Assembly (NCBI GenBank): GCA_963844715.1
Contig: CAWJPJ010000006.1
Span: forward strand, 32,001-96,000
DNA: 64,000 bases
DNA from: an uncultured Phycisphaerales bacterium
GTDB taxonomy: Bacteria > Planctomycetota > Phycisphaerae > Tepidisphaerales > Tepidisphaeraceae
Direction of reading: 5' to 3'
The position numbers were made by a program, and so were the translations under genes. Every line of letters begins with the position of its first letter. Position 1 is the first letter of the stretch. The notes beneath the pieces were generated by a model. That model did not search any database and was not told the origin of the DNA. It saw nothing but the letters and a program-made list of their open reading frames with translations. Shown in pieces: positions 19,870 to 31,575 of the stretch.

Positions 19870-21196
19870 ATGACGTGGGATGTTAGGAAGGCATTTCCGC
19901 CGGGAGGTTGGAGGAAGTGGGCACAACAGTGCGGAGTTTCTGTATTGGCTGGTGTCATCGGGGTGGGTTTATCTGGATGTGACGGTAAGCGCCTGCGGCG
20001 GAGCGCCGCCGCCGGCGGCCGTGACCGTTGCGCTGCCGATACAAAAGGAAGTCGTCGAGTGGGACACCTACACCGGGTACCTGGAAGCCCCCGAGTCGGT
20101 GAGTGTGGCGGCACGGGTCAGCGGATTGATCACGGAAGCGCCATTTGTCGAGGGGTCCATCGTTAAAAAGGGGGACCTGCTGTTTGTGATAGATGATCGG
20201 CCGTTCAAGGCCGATCTGGATGTGAAGCTCGCGGCTGAACAGGTGGCCGAAGCGCAGGCGGCGATCGCCACAATAACCTATAAGCGGTTGCAGGGATTGC
20301 GGAGCAGCGACGCGGTATCGCAACAGGACCTGGACAACGCCAAGGCGGGGATAGATCAGGCCGTTGCCGCGGTGGCAGGCGCGAAGGCGGCGGTGGAGTC
20401 ATCGCGGCTGAATTTGGAGTGGTGCAGGGTGTTGTCCCCGATCGACGGGCGCGTCAGCAATAAGATGGTGACGGTGGGCAATCTGGTCAATGGCGGGCAG
20501 GGCCAGGCAACACAGTTGACGACCATCGAATCGGTGACGCCGATGTATTGCTACGTCGATATCGATGAGCACTCGGTGCTGAAGTATGAAAAACTGGCGG
20601 CGGAGAATAAACGCGTCAACTCCCGCGATGGAACTGTTCCCTGCTACGTTCAACTCAGCGATGAAAGCGGATTTCCGCACCAGGGTGTGATCGACTTCGT
20701 CGACAATCACGTCGATCCGACGACGGGCACGCTGCGCGAACGAGGCGTCCTTGAAAACCGTTCCGGACTGCTCACGCCGGGATTTTTTGCCAGACTGTGC
20801 ATTCCCGGCAGCGGTCGATATCAGGCGTTGCTCGTGCCGGACGATGCCATCGGCAACGATCAGAGCCATCGGAACGTGCTGGTCGTGAATAACAATAACG
20901 TGGTTGAAGCGCGCGTGGTGGAGCCGGGAGCGCTGTTCGGCGGATTGCGATCGATCGTCTCGGGGCTGGGGCCGGAGGATCGCGTCATTATCAACGGGCA
21001 GATGCATGCGCGTCCCGGCGCGACGGTTGCTCCCACGGACGGGACGATACAGGTTGATTCGGCGGCGTTTTCCGACCCTGGGGGGGCCGAGGCGCACACC
21101 ATTCCGTCAACCGACGTGACCCCATCGGATGAGACGACGAATTCGGCCCCTGCCACCCAGCCGACCGCCGATCCCACGACGGGAAGCAGACCATGA
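19870..21196 (+). CDS. RND efflux periplasmic adaptor subunit (lipobox LSGC in another frame; frameshift ~19990)
   Basis: VAARVSG, EGSIVKKGDLLFVID, SPIDGRVS, FVDNHVDPTTGT. Confidence 0.92.
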
Positions 21197-24100
21197 AATT
21201 CGCTCACTTTTTCATTGAGCGACCGGTCTTTGCCGGCGTGCTGTCGATCGTCACGATTGTTGTGGGCGCCATTGCCATCTTCACGCTGCCGATCGCGCAA
21301 TATCCGGAAATCGCGCCGCCAACGGTCACGGTGAGCGCGAGTTATCCTGGCGCCAATGCCAAGACCGTCGCCGAGACGGTTGCAACGCCGATCGAGGAAC
21401 AGATCAACGGCGTTGAAGGCATGATTTACATGTCGAGCCAGAGCACGAACGACGGCAACATGAAGTTGACGGTGACGTTCAAGCTGGGGACCAATTTGGA
21501 TATTGCCCAGGTGCAGGTGCAGAATCGTGTCGCGATAGCGATTCCGGTTCTGCCCTCGGATGTGCAGCGGGCGGGGATTGTGGTGAAGAAAGCGTCGCCG
21601 GACATCACGCTCGCGGTGGCGATTTATTCCCCGGACGGCAGCCGCGATCCGCTTTACCTGAGCAATTATGCGACGCTTCAGGTCAAGGATGAACTGGCGC
21701 GATTGCCGGGCGTTGGGGATATCTACATATTCGGAGCCAGGGATTACTCGATGCGCCTGTGGTTGAATCCCAACCAGTTGGCATCCCGCAACCTGACAGT
21801 CGGGGATCTGATTAGTGCGGTGCAGGAGCAGAACGTGCAGGTTGCCGCCGGCATCGTCGGCGGGCCTCCGCTTCCGCGCGGGACCGTGCCGTTTCAATAC
21901 ACCGTGAACGCTCAGGGGCGTTTGGTCGACCCGAAACAGTTTGGCGACATCATCATTAAGACGGGCTCCGATGGGAGGCTGACACGCGTAAAAGATGTGG
22001 TGCGCGTGGAACTGGGGGCGGCGGATTACACGACGACGACACATTTCGATGGCTTGCCCGCCGTAGGCATTCCCATCTTTCAGTTGCCGGGATCCAATTC
22101 CATCGCCACCGCGAACGCGGTTTATAAGAAGATGGAAGAACTGAAGGCGTATTTTCCGAAAGGGGTGGCTTACTCGATCCCTTACGACACAACCATCTTC
22201 GTTCGCGCCAGTATCAAGGACGTGGTCAAGACCCTGTTCGAAGCCGTCGGGCTGGTGGCGCTGGTCGTGCTGGTATTCCTTCAGAGCTGGCGGGCGTCGC
22301 TGGTCCCCCTTCTGGCCATTCCGGTCTCGCTCGTCGGGACCTTCGCCGTGATGGCGATCTTCGGGTTTTCGCTCAATAACCTTTCGCTCTTCGGGCTGGT
22401 GCTGGCGATCGGCATTGTCGTGGACGACGCGATCGTTGTGGTGGAGAACGTGGATCGATGGATCGAGCACGGGCTTTCGCCGCATGAAGCGGCGCACCGG
22501 GCCATGGATGAAGTGACGCCGGCGGTCATCGCGATCGCGTTTGGGCTGACGGCGGTATTCGTTCCGGTCGCGTTCATCAGTGGAATCACCGGACAGTTTT
22601 ACAGACAGTTCGCGCTGACCATTTCATTCTCGACGCTGTTGTCGGCGTTCAATTCGCTTACTCTTAGCCCGGCGCTGGCGGCGCTGATCCTTAAGCCTCA
22701 CGCCGCGAAAAGGGATTGGCTGACCCGCGCCATCGACTTTGTTCTGGGATGGTTCTTTCGCCTGTTTAACGGGGGACTGAACAAGTTCAATGCCGGATAC
22801 GTGCGGACATTGCAGCATGTGGTGCGGCTGTCGGTGGTGGTGCTGGCCGTTTACGTCGGCTTGATCGCTCTAACCTATCTCGGGTTCAAGACGGTGCCTT
22901 TGGGATTCATTCCGCAGCAGGACCAGGGATATCTCATCGCGGCGGCGCAATTGCCTGACGCTTCATCGATCGATCGAACCGACGCGGTGGTCGATCGGAT
23001 GGCCGACATCGCCCGAAAAATACCGGGGATTCACGACACTTTCGGAGTCACGGGATTTAATTTGCTGACCGGGACGAACCAGACGAATACCGCGACGATG
23101 TTTCTGCCGCTGGATGATTTCAGCGAGCGTGCCGGCAAACCGGGGGAATCGGCGGCGGCGCTGACCGGCCGCCTGATGGGGGCGTTCAGCCAGGTCCAGG
23201 AGGCGTTTACGCTGGTTCTGGCGCCGCCGCCGGTGCGCGGGATCGGCCAGGCGGGCGGATTCAAGATGCAGGTGGAAGATCGGTCCGGGCTTTCGACCCC
23301 GCAGGAACTCCAGGCGGCGACCGGCGCGCTGATCGCGGACGCGAGCAAGGATCCGCGCATCACCGCACTATTCAGCACGTTCCGGGCCAACGTCCCGCAG
23401 CTTTACGCGGATGTGGATCGAACCAAGGCCAAGAAGGAAAATGTAGCCGTCACGGATATTTTCCAGGCGCTGCAGGTGTACCTGGGAAGTTATTACATCA
23501 ATGACTTCAACTACCTGGGCAGGACTTTCAAGGTGGTGGCGCAGGCGGACGCTCCGTTTTGCGCTCTTGCTTCGGACGTTGCTCAATTGAAGACCCGCAA
23601 CGGGTTCGGAGCGATGGTGCCGCTGGGGACGGTGATGGAGTTGAAGGACGTGAACGATGCGGACCGGATCAATCGATATGACCTTTATCCGTCGGCGGAA
23701 ATCAACGGCGCCGGCGTGCCTGGGGTCAGCAGCAGGCAGGCGATCGACATCATGGCGGCTTTAGCGCAGAAGGATTTACCCGCCGGATTCACATATGAAT
23801 GGACCGAACTGGCGTATCAGGAAGAGACCGCGGGCAACACGGCGCTCTTCATTTTTCCACTTTGCGTGCTGTTCGTCTTTCTTACCCACTCGGCGGAATA
23901 CGAGAGCTTCGCGCTCTCATCGGCGATTATCCTGATCGTGCCGATGTGCTTGTTGTGCGGCATCGCCGGCGTTCACTTCAGCGGGCGGGATAACAATATC
24001 TTTACTCAGATCGGGTTTGTGGTGCTTGCCGGGATGAGCGTGAAGAACGCCGTGCTGATCGTGGAATTTGCCAAGCAGCAACAGGAACACGATCAGAAAA

Positions 24101-24396
24101 TGCGCGCCGGCGCGGCGGCGATCGAAGCGGCGCGGCTGCGGCTGCGGCCGATTCTGATGACCAGCTTCGCTTTCATCTTCGGCGTCCTGCCGCTGCTGGT
24201 CGCTACCGGGGCCGGGGCTGAAATGCGTCAGGCGCTGGGAACCGTGGTGTTCTACGGAATGATCGGCGTCACGTTCTTCGGCCTGTTTCTTACACCGGTG
24301 TTTTATACGGTTATCCGCAGGCTTGGCGGGGATAAGCCGATTATCGCGCCGGGGGCAGGCAGGCCGCCGGAAGCAAAACCTCCGCCTGAGGCGTGA
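21193..24396 (+). CDS. HAE1-family RND efflux permease (MexF/AcrB-like)
   Basis: FFIERPVFAGVLS, LPIAQYPEIAPP, AIGIVVDDAIVVVENV, KNAVLIVEFA, RLRPILMTS. Confidence 0.97.
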   Translation: MKFAHFFIERPVFAGVLSIVTIVVGAIAIFTLPIAQYPEIAPPTVTVSASYPGANAKTVAETVATPIEEQINGVEGMIYMSSQSTNDGNMKLTVTFKLGTNLDIAQVQVQNRVAIAIPVLPSDVQRAGIVVKKASPDITLAVAIYSPDGSRDPLYLSNYATLQVKDELARLPGVGDIYIFGARDYSMRLWLNPNQLASRNLTVGDLISAVQEQNVQVAAGIVGGPPLPRGTVPFQYTVNAQGRLVDPKQFGDIIIKTGSDGRLTRVKDVVRVELGAADYTTTTHFDGLPAVGIPIFQLPGSNSIATANAVYKKMEELKAYFPKGVAYSIPYDTTIFVRASIKDVVKTLFEAVGLVALVVLVFLQSWRASLVPLLAIPVSLVGTFAVMAIFGFSLNNLSLFGLVLAIGIVVDDAIVVVENVDRWIEHGLSPHEAAHRAMDEVTPAVIAIAFGLTAVFVPVAFISGITGQFYRQFALTISFSTLLSAFNSLTLSPALAALILKPHAAKRDWLTRAIDFVLGWFFRLFNGGLNKFNAGYVRTLQHVVRLSVVVLAVYVGLIALTYLGFKTVPLGFIPQQDQGYLIAAAQLPDASSIDRTDAVVDRMADIARKIPGIHDTFGVTGFNLLTGTNQTNTATMFLPLDDFSERAGKPGESAAALTGRLMGAFSQVQEAFTLVLAPPPVRGIGQAGGFKMQVEDRSGLSTPQELQAATGALIADASKDPRITALFSTFRANVPQLYADVDRTKAKKENVAVTDIFQALQVYLGSYYINDFNYLGRTFKVVAQADAPFCALASDVAQLKTRNGFGAMVPLGTVMELKDVNDADRINRYDLYPSAEINGAGVPGVSSRQAIDIMAALAQKDLPAGFTYEWTELAYQEETAGNTALFIFPLCVLFVFLTHSAEYESFALSSAIILIVPMCLLCGIAGVHFSGRDNNIFTQIGFVVLAGMSVKNAVLIVEFAKQQQEHDQKMRAGAAAIEAARLRLRPILMTSFAFIFGVLPLLVATGAGAEMRQALGTVVFYGMIGVTFFGLFLTPVFYTVIRRLGGDKPIIAPGAGRPPEAKPPPEA

Positions 24397-24507
24397 GGTT
24401 GTTTGAGTTCGCTTTCGGGTGCGTCTGATCTGCGCTCCCGTCAAATCTCTGCGTGCAGGGAATCCTATTTGATTTGTGCGGATCATCCGGACAGTTTTGC
24501 GACAATT

Positions 24508-25709
24508 TCAATTCTTCGTCGGCTGCATCGCCGTCCAGGTCGTGGAAGAGGCCGTTGGGTCGTTATTGGGATTGTATTGCGGGTCGTTGCTCATGGTGAT
24601 TGTGCCGTCCGCGCCGGTCCACGCATAACTGTAGATCGTCGGAAGTTTGTAGGTCGTCCCATCGCTGGCTTGCCAGGGGGCGACATCACGCTCGCTGTCG
24701 GCTTCGTTCTCGAACTGGGTGTTCTGGTCGGCCACGTGGTTCCAATAGTCCGCATGCTGCGCGTCGTTCGCCTGGGTTTCTGAACTGATTCTGTTTTCGA
24801 TATTGTTAAAAGTGGTTTGCTGCTGCGCCGCCTGCTGCTGTTGCTGCTGCTGGATCAATTGGTTGAATTTCTGCTGCCAGACTGGGTTTTGCTGGATGGA
24901 TTTGAAGATGACGGCGCTGATGGGGTTGAGCGAGTCGAAAGCGCCGTTGGCAGCGCATCGGGACGAGGCGTTTTGGATTGCCCAATAGCCGCCGCCGAGG
25001 CGCCGGTCGGCCACTGCCGCGACGACCACGGAGACCATTTCCTGCACCGTCTGGCCGTTCGCCTGGTATTGGAATGTTTCTGTTCCGGCCCATGCCGCGA
25101 CTTGATATCTGGGGGCTGGATGAGTCTGAACGACCTGAGCCATCGCCTGCTGGGCAAGCTGCGGCTGTTTCTCCTTGCTCAGGACCGTCGCGTTTGCCAG
25201 GGCAGGGCGATATCGCTGAACGATGAACCGGTCAATGACGTCCCACTGATCCGACGGAAACGGCTCGATTTCGAACCCGCCGACGATCTGCCCGGGTTGA
25301 AATTGTGCGCTGCCCGGCCCGTTTCCTACAGCGCGGAAATGCTGGCTTGGATAAACATAAAACCCGTTCGCATTTTGCGCGTCGCTCCACCCCATTAGAA
25401 CCAGGCCCCGAAAGCCCCGCTTCCAAAGCACGCCACCGTTGACAGTCCAATCGATCGGCATGATGCCGGTAAGGAAGACCGTCCCGGGGAAGCCCTGATT
25501 GTCCGTGACGACGTAGCGCCTTGAGGCGCATGACCGCCGGTTGCGTGGCGGGAGGATTGGCTGGCGTGGGAGCGGACGGGTTGCCGGTCGCGCCGCTGGC
25601 ACCGGGGGCCGGGGTTGCCTGCGCGGGCCGCGGGGGTCAACGAGAGCGGTAAGGCGGCGATCCCCGAACACAAAGCGACTCGAAGAAGGAAGCGGATTGA
25701 GTGTCGCAT
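24508..25709 (-). CDS. Exported hypothetical protein with Gln-rich C-terminal coil (frameshifts ~25520-25600)
   Basis: Signal peptide MRHSIRFLLRVALCSGIAALPLSLTPAARA in ORF 25395-25709; body in ORF 24508-25767. Confidence 0.6.
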
Positions 25710-25825
25710 TAATGGAAGCCCTTTCGGCAGAGTTGAGTGCAGTTGGCGATCCGGAAACCGAATTCACCGGCTCGGGAAAATCGATCTGTCGCGGTTCGGG
25801 CCGATTTCATAATGGTTCGATTTTT

Positions 25826-26209
25826 TTATATCACGGAGTCCGGGTCGATGAACGCCCGGATTCGCTCCATCACGTCGATCAGGAAGTCGTCGTCGCCCAG
25901 CTTGGCCACGAATGTCACCGCTCGATCGCGATAGTCGAGCGACTTAATTTGGTGCGGGTAAAGCCATCCGTCTTGTGTGAGCTTTGAAATCGGAGGCAAT
26001 TTTACCATGAGCTGCTGCCCGGCGAGACGTTGTTCGGCGTGATATTTGGTCGTACCGGGGACGACGATCGCAAATCCGGTTGCCTTGGAAAAGCGCACCG
26101 TGCTGATCACCAGCGCAAAATGAGGACCCGTCAGTTCGCGCCCGGCGGAGGGTGAAAGATTTAAATGAACGATATCGCCCCGCTCGGGATGATAGGTCTC
26201 CCTGCTCAA
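25826..26209 (-). CDS. mazF: PemK/MazF-family toxin
   Basis: YHPERGDIVHLNLSPSAGRELTGPHFALVIS...HQIKSLDYRDR; TTG start overlaps antitoxin stop. Confidence 0.9.
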   Translation of the reverse strand: MSRETYHPERGDIVHLNLSPSAGRELTGPHFALVISTVRFSKATGFAIVVPGTTKYHAEQRLAGQQLMVKLPPISKLTQDGWLYPHQIKSLDYRDRAVTFVAKLGDDDFLIDVMERIRAFIDPDSVI

Positions 26210-26469
26210 ATCAGTTCCCTGCCTTTGCGGTCTGGGATCAGGTCCGGTCCGCAGATCGCCGGCGTAACGCCTTTGAGGAGGTCCTTTTCCGTCCATTTCT
26301 TTCGGGACTTGGCGCGGCGGATAGTGATGGCGTCCCCTTTGATGCGCACGTCCACTTCTTCGCCCTCCTTCAGCTTAAGACGGTCCACGCCTTCCTGCGG
26401 AATGCGAAACCCGAGGCTATTTCCCCAGCGCGCCACTTTGCTGACCTTCTCGATGGCTCCAGATCCCAT
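26206..26469 (-). CDS. mazE: AbrB/MazE-family antitoxin
   Basis: VARWGNSLGFRIP...LKLKEGEEV; GGAG RBS. Confidence 0.92.
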   Translation of the reverse strand: MGSGAIEKVSKVARWGNSLGFRIPQEGVDRLKLKEGEEVDVRIKGDAITIRRAKSRKKWTEKDLLKGVTPAICGPDLIPDRKGRELI

Positions 26470-26484
26470 GCACAACTCTCCTTG

Positions 26485-26505
26485 AGGATATACTTAGGAT
26501 ATACT
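26485..26505. promoter_or_regulatory. Candidate mazEF operator, 10-bp direct repeat
   Basis: AGGATATACT at 26485-26494 and 26496-26505 immediately upstream of the mazE RBS. Confidence 0.5.
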
Positions 26506-26673
26506 CTTATCGACCATTCGTCCAGGCCGGTTGATTCGCGCCTTTGTGATGTCATCCGATACCACGGCTCTTTGCCTCCATCAGGTTTTACGGGCTCCTC
26601 TCTGTCGCGGTTTGGGGGATTATAGAGGGTGTCTTGAGAATCCTCATATCGCACTATTCCTTCAACTGCGTAA

Positions 26674-27189
<516 letters not shown>

Positions 27190-27254
27190 TTGGCGGCGGG
27201 CATGATGCCGGCGGTGACGATTCCGGTTGCGACAACCCGGCCCCAGTCGGATTG

Positions 27255-30200
27255 TTACTGAAGCCAAGAATCTTGATCGTTGTTGGAATCGTCGGAGTTG
27301 TTGGAATCCAACGTGTTGGTCGACGACGGGGACGAAGCGCCGAACGCTGAGGAGACACCCGACCCGGTGGCGGGGGCGGCGCTGGAAGATGATCCGCTGG
27401 AATCGGAACCGTCGTTGGCGGCCTGCCGGAAGGGGTCGGGGATGGGTACCGGCGGGGCGACGGAAACGTCGCTGAACCACCAGCGGAATTTCATCGGGAT
27501 CCGCACCACCGGAATGGGGTCGTCTATGACGACGGTGGTCGCCGCTTCACCGTTGTTGAAGGTGAGCGTGTAGGTCCCGGCGCGGTCGACCGAGAGGCGT
27601 GTGAAGACGACGTATCCATCGGAGAAGGTCTCGGAGGTGTCGCCGGAGAGAGCTGCGCCGGCGGGGCCGGACGATAGGGTTACGTTGCAGGTGGACGTAT
27701 CGGTGGTGATGATGTTCCCCGATTCGTCCGTGATTTCGAGTTTCACGTTCGCAAAAACGTCGCCGAACTGCTCGGCGGTGATGGTTTGCCTGACGACGAC
27801 CAAATGCCGGATGGGGGGGATGTCATCGAAAGAGTTCGAGGTGATCACCGGGAAGCTGCTGTCGGTGGCCTGAAGCTTATAAGTGCCGACTTCGCTGAGC
27901 GAAAGATTGTTGAAACTCGCCGCGCCGCTCTGCGCGGTCTGGGTTAGCGTTCCGGTGAGCTGTCCCGGCCCGCTGGCAAGCGTCAGGGTAACGGTGGAAT
28001 TGTCGCTGGTGACGCGATTTCCGTATTGGTCCTCGATATCGACGACGACGGGAGGCGTCATCGTGAAGCCCGTCGCGACGGTGGAAGGTTGCTGTGCAAA
28101 CGCCAGCTGCGATGCCGCGGCCGGGCTCACGGTAAACGAGTTGGAGACCGCCCCGAGGAGATCGCCGTCCACGACTTCGACCGAGTATGTTCCGGCAGTG
28201 GTGATGGAAAGGTCGCCGAATGTCGCGACGCCGTTCACCGCCTGGACGGTCAAGGTTCCGCTTAGAGTTGCCGAACTGGGACCGGTCGCGATGGAGATGG
28301 TGACGTACGAATCGTCGGCCGTATCCAGCGCGCCCGTCGAGTCTTCCACGTCCACGGTCACGTCGGGCATGGTATTTCCGGCGGTTATATTGCTGGGCTG
28401 CTGTTGGAAGGCCAACTGAACCGGGGCCGTTAGAGTAATGTGGAAGCTGTCGGACACCGCGCCGGTGAGGGAACCGTCGCTGGCGCCGAGGGTGTAGAGG
28501 CCGACCTGGTCGAGCGCCACATTATCAAAGGTCGCGATTCCGCCGGATGTGGCGACGGTCGTCGTCCCGCTGATATCACCCGGCCCGCTGGCAACAGAGA
28601 GCGTCACATCCGACGAATCGGTGGTAACAAGATTCCCGAAGGCGTCTTCAACATCCACGACCACCGGCGGACTGATCGGCGTGCTGATGACCGTATTGAT
28701 CGGCTGAGCCGTGAAAACAAGCTGCGCCGACGCGGCGGGAGAGATGGTAAAGCTGCTGGTCGTGGCGGTGGCGAGGCTGCCGTCGGTGGCAGTGAGCGTG
28801 TAGTCGCCGGCGGTGTCCAGAATCACATTGTCGAACGTGGCCACGCCGTTAACCGCGGCGACCGAGACCGTTCCGCTGAGCGTTCCCGGCCCGCTGTGGA
28901 CGGAGAGCACGACCGTTGACGTGTTGCCCGCGACAATCGCGCCTGTGGGGTCCTCAACGTCAACGACAATGGCCGGGCTGTTGGGATCGCCGGCGATCGC
29001 GTCGCTGGGCTGCTGCGCAATGCCCAATTGAGACGCGGCGCCGTTGCTGACGGTGAAGCTGCTGGAGATCGCCGAGGTCAGGCTCCCGTCGGTGGCGGCC
29101 AGCGTGTACGTTCCGGGTGAATTCACAATGACATTGCTGAAAGTCGCAACGCCTTGGCTGGCGGCGACGGTCGTCGTTCCGCTCAGGGATCCGGAGCCGG
29201 TGTGGATAGCCAGCGACACATTTGAGCTGTTTCCCGTGACGATGTTCCCAAACGCGTCCTCGACGTCCACCACGACGGCAGGGCTGATGATGGCCCCGGT
29301 GGCGACGTCGCTGGGTTCAGTAAAATAAGCGAGCTTGGCCGCGGCGGCGGCGCTGACCGTAAACGAACTGGAATTCGCCGCCGTGAGGCTGCCGTCGGAA
29401 GCGGTGAGGGTGTAGCTGCCAGCGGTGTCGATGAGCACGTTGCTGAAAGTCGCGACGCCGCTCGATGTGCCGACCGTGACGGTGCCGCTGAGCGTCCCCG
29501 GCCCGGAATGGACGGACAGTGTCACGTTGGATGGACCGGCGGTAACAATATTTCCGAAGTGATCCTCAACATCGACGGTCATCGCGGGGCTGATCGCGAT
29601 GCCGGCGGTGACGCTGGAAGGCTGCTGGTTGAAGACAACCTGGCTTGCGGCGGCGGGGCTGATGGTGAAGCTGCCCGATGTAGCCGCGGAATCGGTTCCA
29701 TCGGTCGCGTTGAGCGAATAGGTTCCGGCAGTGTCGAGGGAGACGTTGCTGAAGGTTGCGACGCCATTCACGGCCTGAACGGAGACGTTTCCCGAGAGAA
29801 GCCCGGGGCCGCTGTGCACGGACAGGGTGACGGTGGAATTGTCGGAGGTGTCGATGTTTCCGTATTGATCCTCGACGTCGACGGTAAAAGAAGGGAGGAC
29901 TCCGGCGGTGGTACTCACGGGCTGGGAAGTGTAAACCAACTGGGTAGAGGAAGTGATCTCGAAGATCGTGCCGGGGTTGGAGACGCCGACCGTGTTGCCG
30001 CCTGTGGTGGTGCCGAAAAGGTCTCCGTTGCTATCCATGCGAAGGCCAACCTGCGGTTGTGCGCCGTCCTGACCGGCGGTGCCGCCAGTAAACGAATGGA
30101 GGATGGTGATGGCGGTAGCGCCAACGGGAAGCTCCCAGACGTCGCCTTGTCCGCTTGGGCCGCCGCCTGTTTCGGTGGTGCCAAAGATGTCTCCCACGCT

Positions 30201-31289
30201 GTCTATAATGGGAGCGCCCCAGGGGAACTGTCCCGGATCAGCTCCGCTGTTACCTGTGAAGGCGATAAGGATCGTGGGAGCCGAGGCGTAGCCGTTGCCA
30301 ACTCTGGGAAGCTCGAAGAGTTCACCGAGGTTCCCGGAGGAGCCGCCTGACTGGGTGGTACCGAAGAGGTCGCCGTTGGCGTCCATAACGAGCCCGGAGT
30401 CGGGCTCGCGGCCGTCGGGTTTACCCGTGGAATTTGGGTCCCCGAGAAACGTATAGAGAACATTAACGGACATCGCGCCGGGGGTGTACTCGTAAATAGT
30501 CCCGCTGCCGGTTACGCCCAGAGTGGCATTTAAATTACCACCTTGGCGTGCGGTGCCGTAGAAATTTCCATTGTAGTAGAGAAGTCCCCCGTATGGATTT
30601 TTTCCGTCGGCTTCTCCCGAGAAGGAATAGACGATTTGTGCGGCAGTGGCAAAGCCGCCGGAGCCGTTGGAGGCCAGTTCGTAAATCGCGCCATGTCCCG
30701 CGGTGCCACCGATCTTGGTTGTCCCCCAAATGTTTCCGCTCGCGTCGAAGGTGACCCCGCTGTAGGGCTCGTAGTCAGCCGGTAAGCCATTCACGAGGAC
30801 GGTGGGAAATTGATACAGCTCGGTAAAGGTGCTGGTGGCGATATTATAATCGTAGATAGTTCCCGAGCCCTCCGCTCCGCCGGCGAAGGTCGTACCGTAA
30901 AGAGTATTTCCCACGAGTTTGGGGCCGGACATCGGGTCGGAGCCGTCGGCGGCTCCGCTGAAGTTGTAGAGGGTGGTAATTGTGCTGGAACCCGCGGCAA
31001 GTTCCCAGACTGTTCCGTCGTTGTTGGCGCCGCCGGTGGAAGTGGTTCCGTAGAGATTGCCGCTGCTGTCGACGGCGGGCTTGGAGTAGGGGTCGGAGCC
31101 GTTAGCTCCGGTAAAAGTCGCGAGTTGGCTATACCCGCTAAGAAGCATTCGGCATTCCAGCGGCTCGACGCGGTATTCTGCGCCGCGGAGCTGATTGAAA
31201 CGCCGGGTAAGCCGCGCCAGACAACAGCGCGCGGATGCGGACAGCTTGGGACCGATGCAGCCGGAGACGAATCGCTCAACGATGGACAT
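27255..31289 (-). CDS. Large extracellular protein: LEPRxLL-type motif, LYGTT..GG..GT repeats (GloVer choice-of-anchor-like) and ~8 Ig-like repeats
   Basis: VEPLECRMLLS; repeated GNLYGTT/GDLFGTT; repeated QLxFxQQPS..VxVDVED..GVATFSN..GTYxL units. Confidence 0.85.
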   Translation of the reverse strand: MSIVERFVSGCIGPKLSASARCCLARLTRRFNQLRGAEYRVEPLECRMLLSGYSQLATFTGANGSDPYSKPAVDSSGNLYGTTSTGGANNDGTVWELAAGSSTITTLYNFSGAADGSDPMSGPKLVGNTLYGTTFAGGAEGSGTIYDYNIATSTFTELYQFPTVLVNGLPADYEPYSGVTFDASGNIWGTTKIGGTAGHGAIYELASNGSGGFATAAQIVYSFSGEADGKNPYGGLLYYNGNFYGTARQGGNLNATLGVTGSGTIYEYTPGAMSVNVLYTFLGDPNSTGKPDGREPDSGLVMDANGDLFGTTQSGGSSGNLGELFELPRVGNGYASAPTILIAFTGNSGADPGQFPWGAPIIDSVGDIFGTTETGGGPSGQGDVWELPVGATAITILHSFTGGTAGQDGAQPQVGLRMDSNGDLFGTTTGGNTVGVSNPGTIFEITSSTQLVYTSQPVSTTAGVLPSFTVDVEDQYGNIDTSDNSTVTLSVHSGPGLLSGNVSVQAVNGVATFSNVSLDTAGTYSLNATDGTDSAATSGSFTISPAAASQVVFNQQPSSVTAGIAISPAMTVDVEDHFGNIVTAGPSNVTLSVHSGPGTLSGTVTVGTSSGVATFSNVLIDTAGSYTLTASDGSLTAANSSSFTVSAAAAAKLAYFTEPSDVATGAIISPAVVVDVEDAFGNIVTGNSSNVSLAIHTGSGSLSGTTTVAASQGVATFSNVIVNSPGTYTLAATDGSLTSAISSSFTVSNGAASQLGIAQQPSDAIAGDPNSPAIVVDVEDPTGAIVAGNTSTVVLSVHSGPGTLSGTVSVAAVNGVATFDNVILDTAGDYTLTATDGSLATATTSSFTISPAASAQLVFTAQPINTVISTPISPPVVVDVEDAFGNLVTTDSSDVTLSVASGPGDISGTTTVATSGGIATFDNVALDQVGLYTLGASDGSLTGAVSDSFHITLTAPVQLAFQQQPSNITAGNTMPDVTVDVEDSTGALDTADDSYVTISIATGPSSATLSGTLTVQAVNGVATFGDLSITTAGTYSVEVVDGDLLGAVSNSFTVSPAAASQLAFAQQPSTVATGFTMTPPVVVDIEDQYGNRVTSDNSTVTLTLASGPGQLTGTLTQTAQSGAASFNNLSLSEVGTYKLQATDSSFPVITSNSFDDIPPIRHLVVVRQTITAEQFGDVFANVKLEITDESGNIITTDTSTCNVTLSSGPAGAALSGDTSETFSDGYVVFTRLSVDRAGTYTLTFNNGEAATTVVIDDPIPVVRIPMKFRWWFSDVSVAPPVPIPDPFRQAANDGSDSSGSSSSAAPATGSGVSSAFGASSPSSTNTLDSNNSDDSNNDQDSWLQ

Positions 31290-31575
31290 GGCACTCAGTT
31301 GTTTTTCAAAACCCTAATCGGACACCACTACGCCGCGTGCCCAGTCGCGGCGTATTCCTTGTTACGCGCAAAATTTATCGGCACGCGGCGCAAATCGAAT
31401 AAATGCGATTCTTTGGGCCGCAATGAGCCGGTAAAACCTTCACAGGCAAGGCAGATACACGATGCAAAATTTCGCACGAACCCCGTTATCAGTATTGAAA
31501 CCGGGGTTGATTCAAACCCGGCTTCGGCAGCTCGTGGAAGGCACATGGCTGGGGTGATAGCGGTAAAATGTCGCG

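Noticed and set aside
25826..26505. mazEF as a novel system
   Set aside because: Canonical gene order and motifs; ordinary type II TA module
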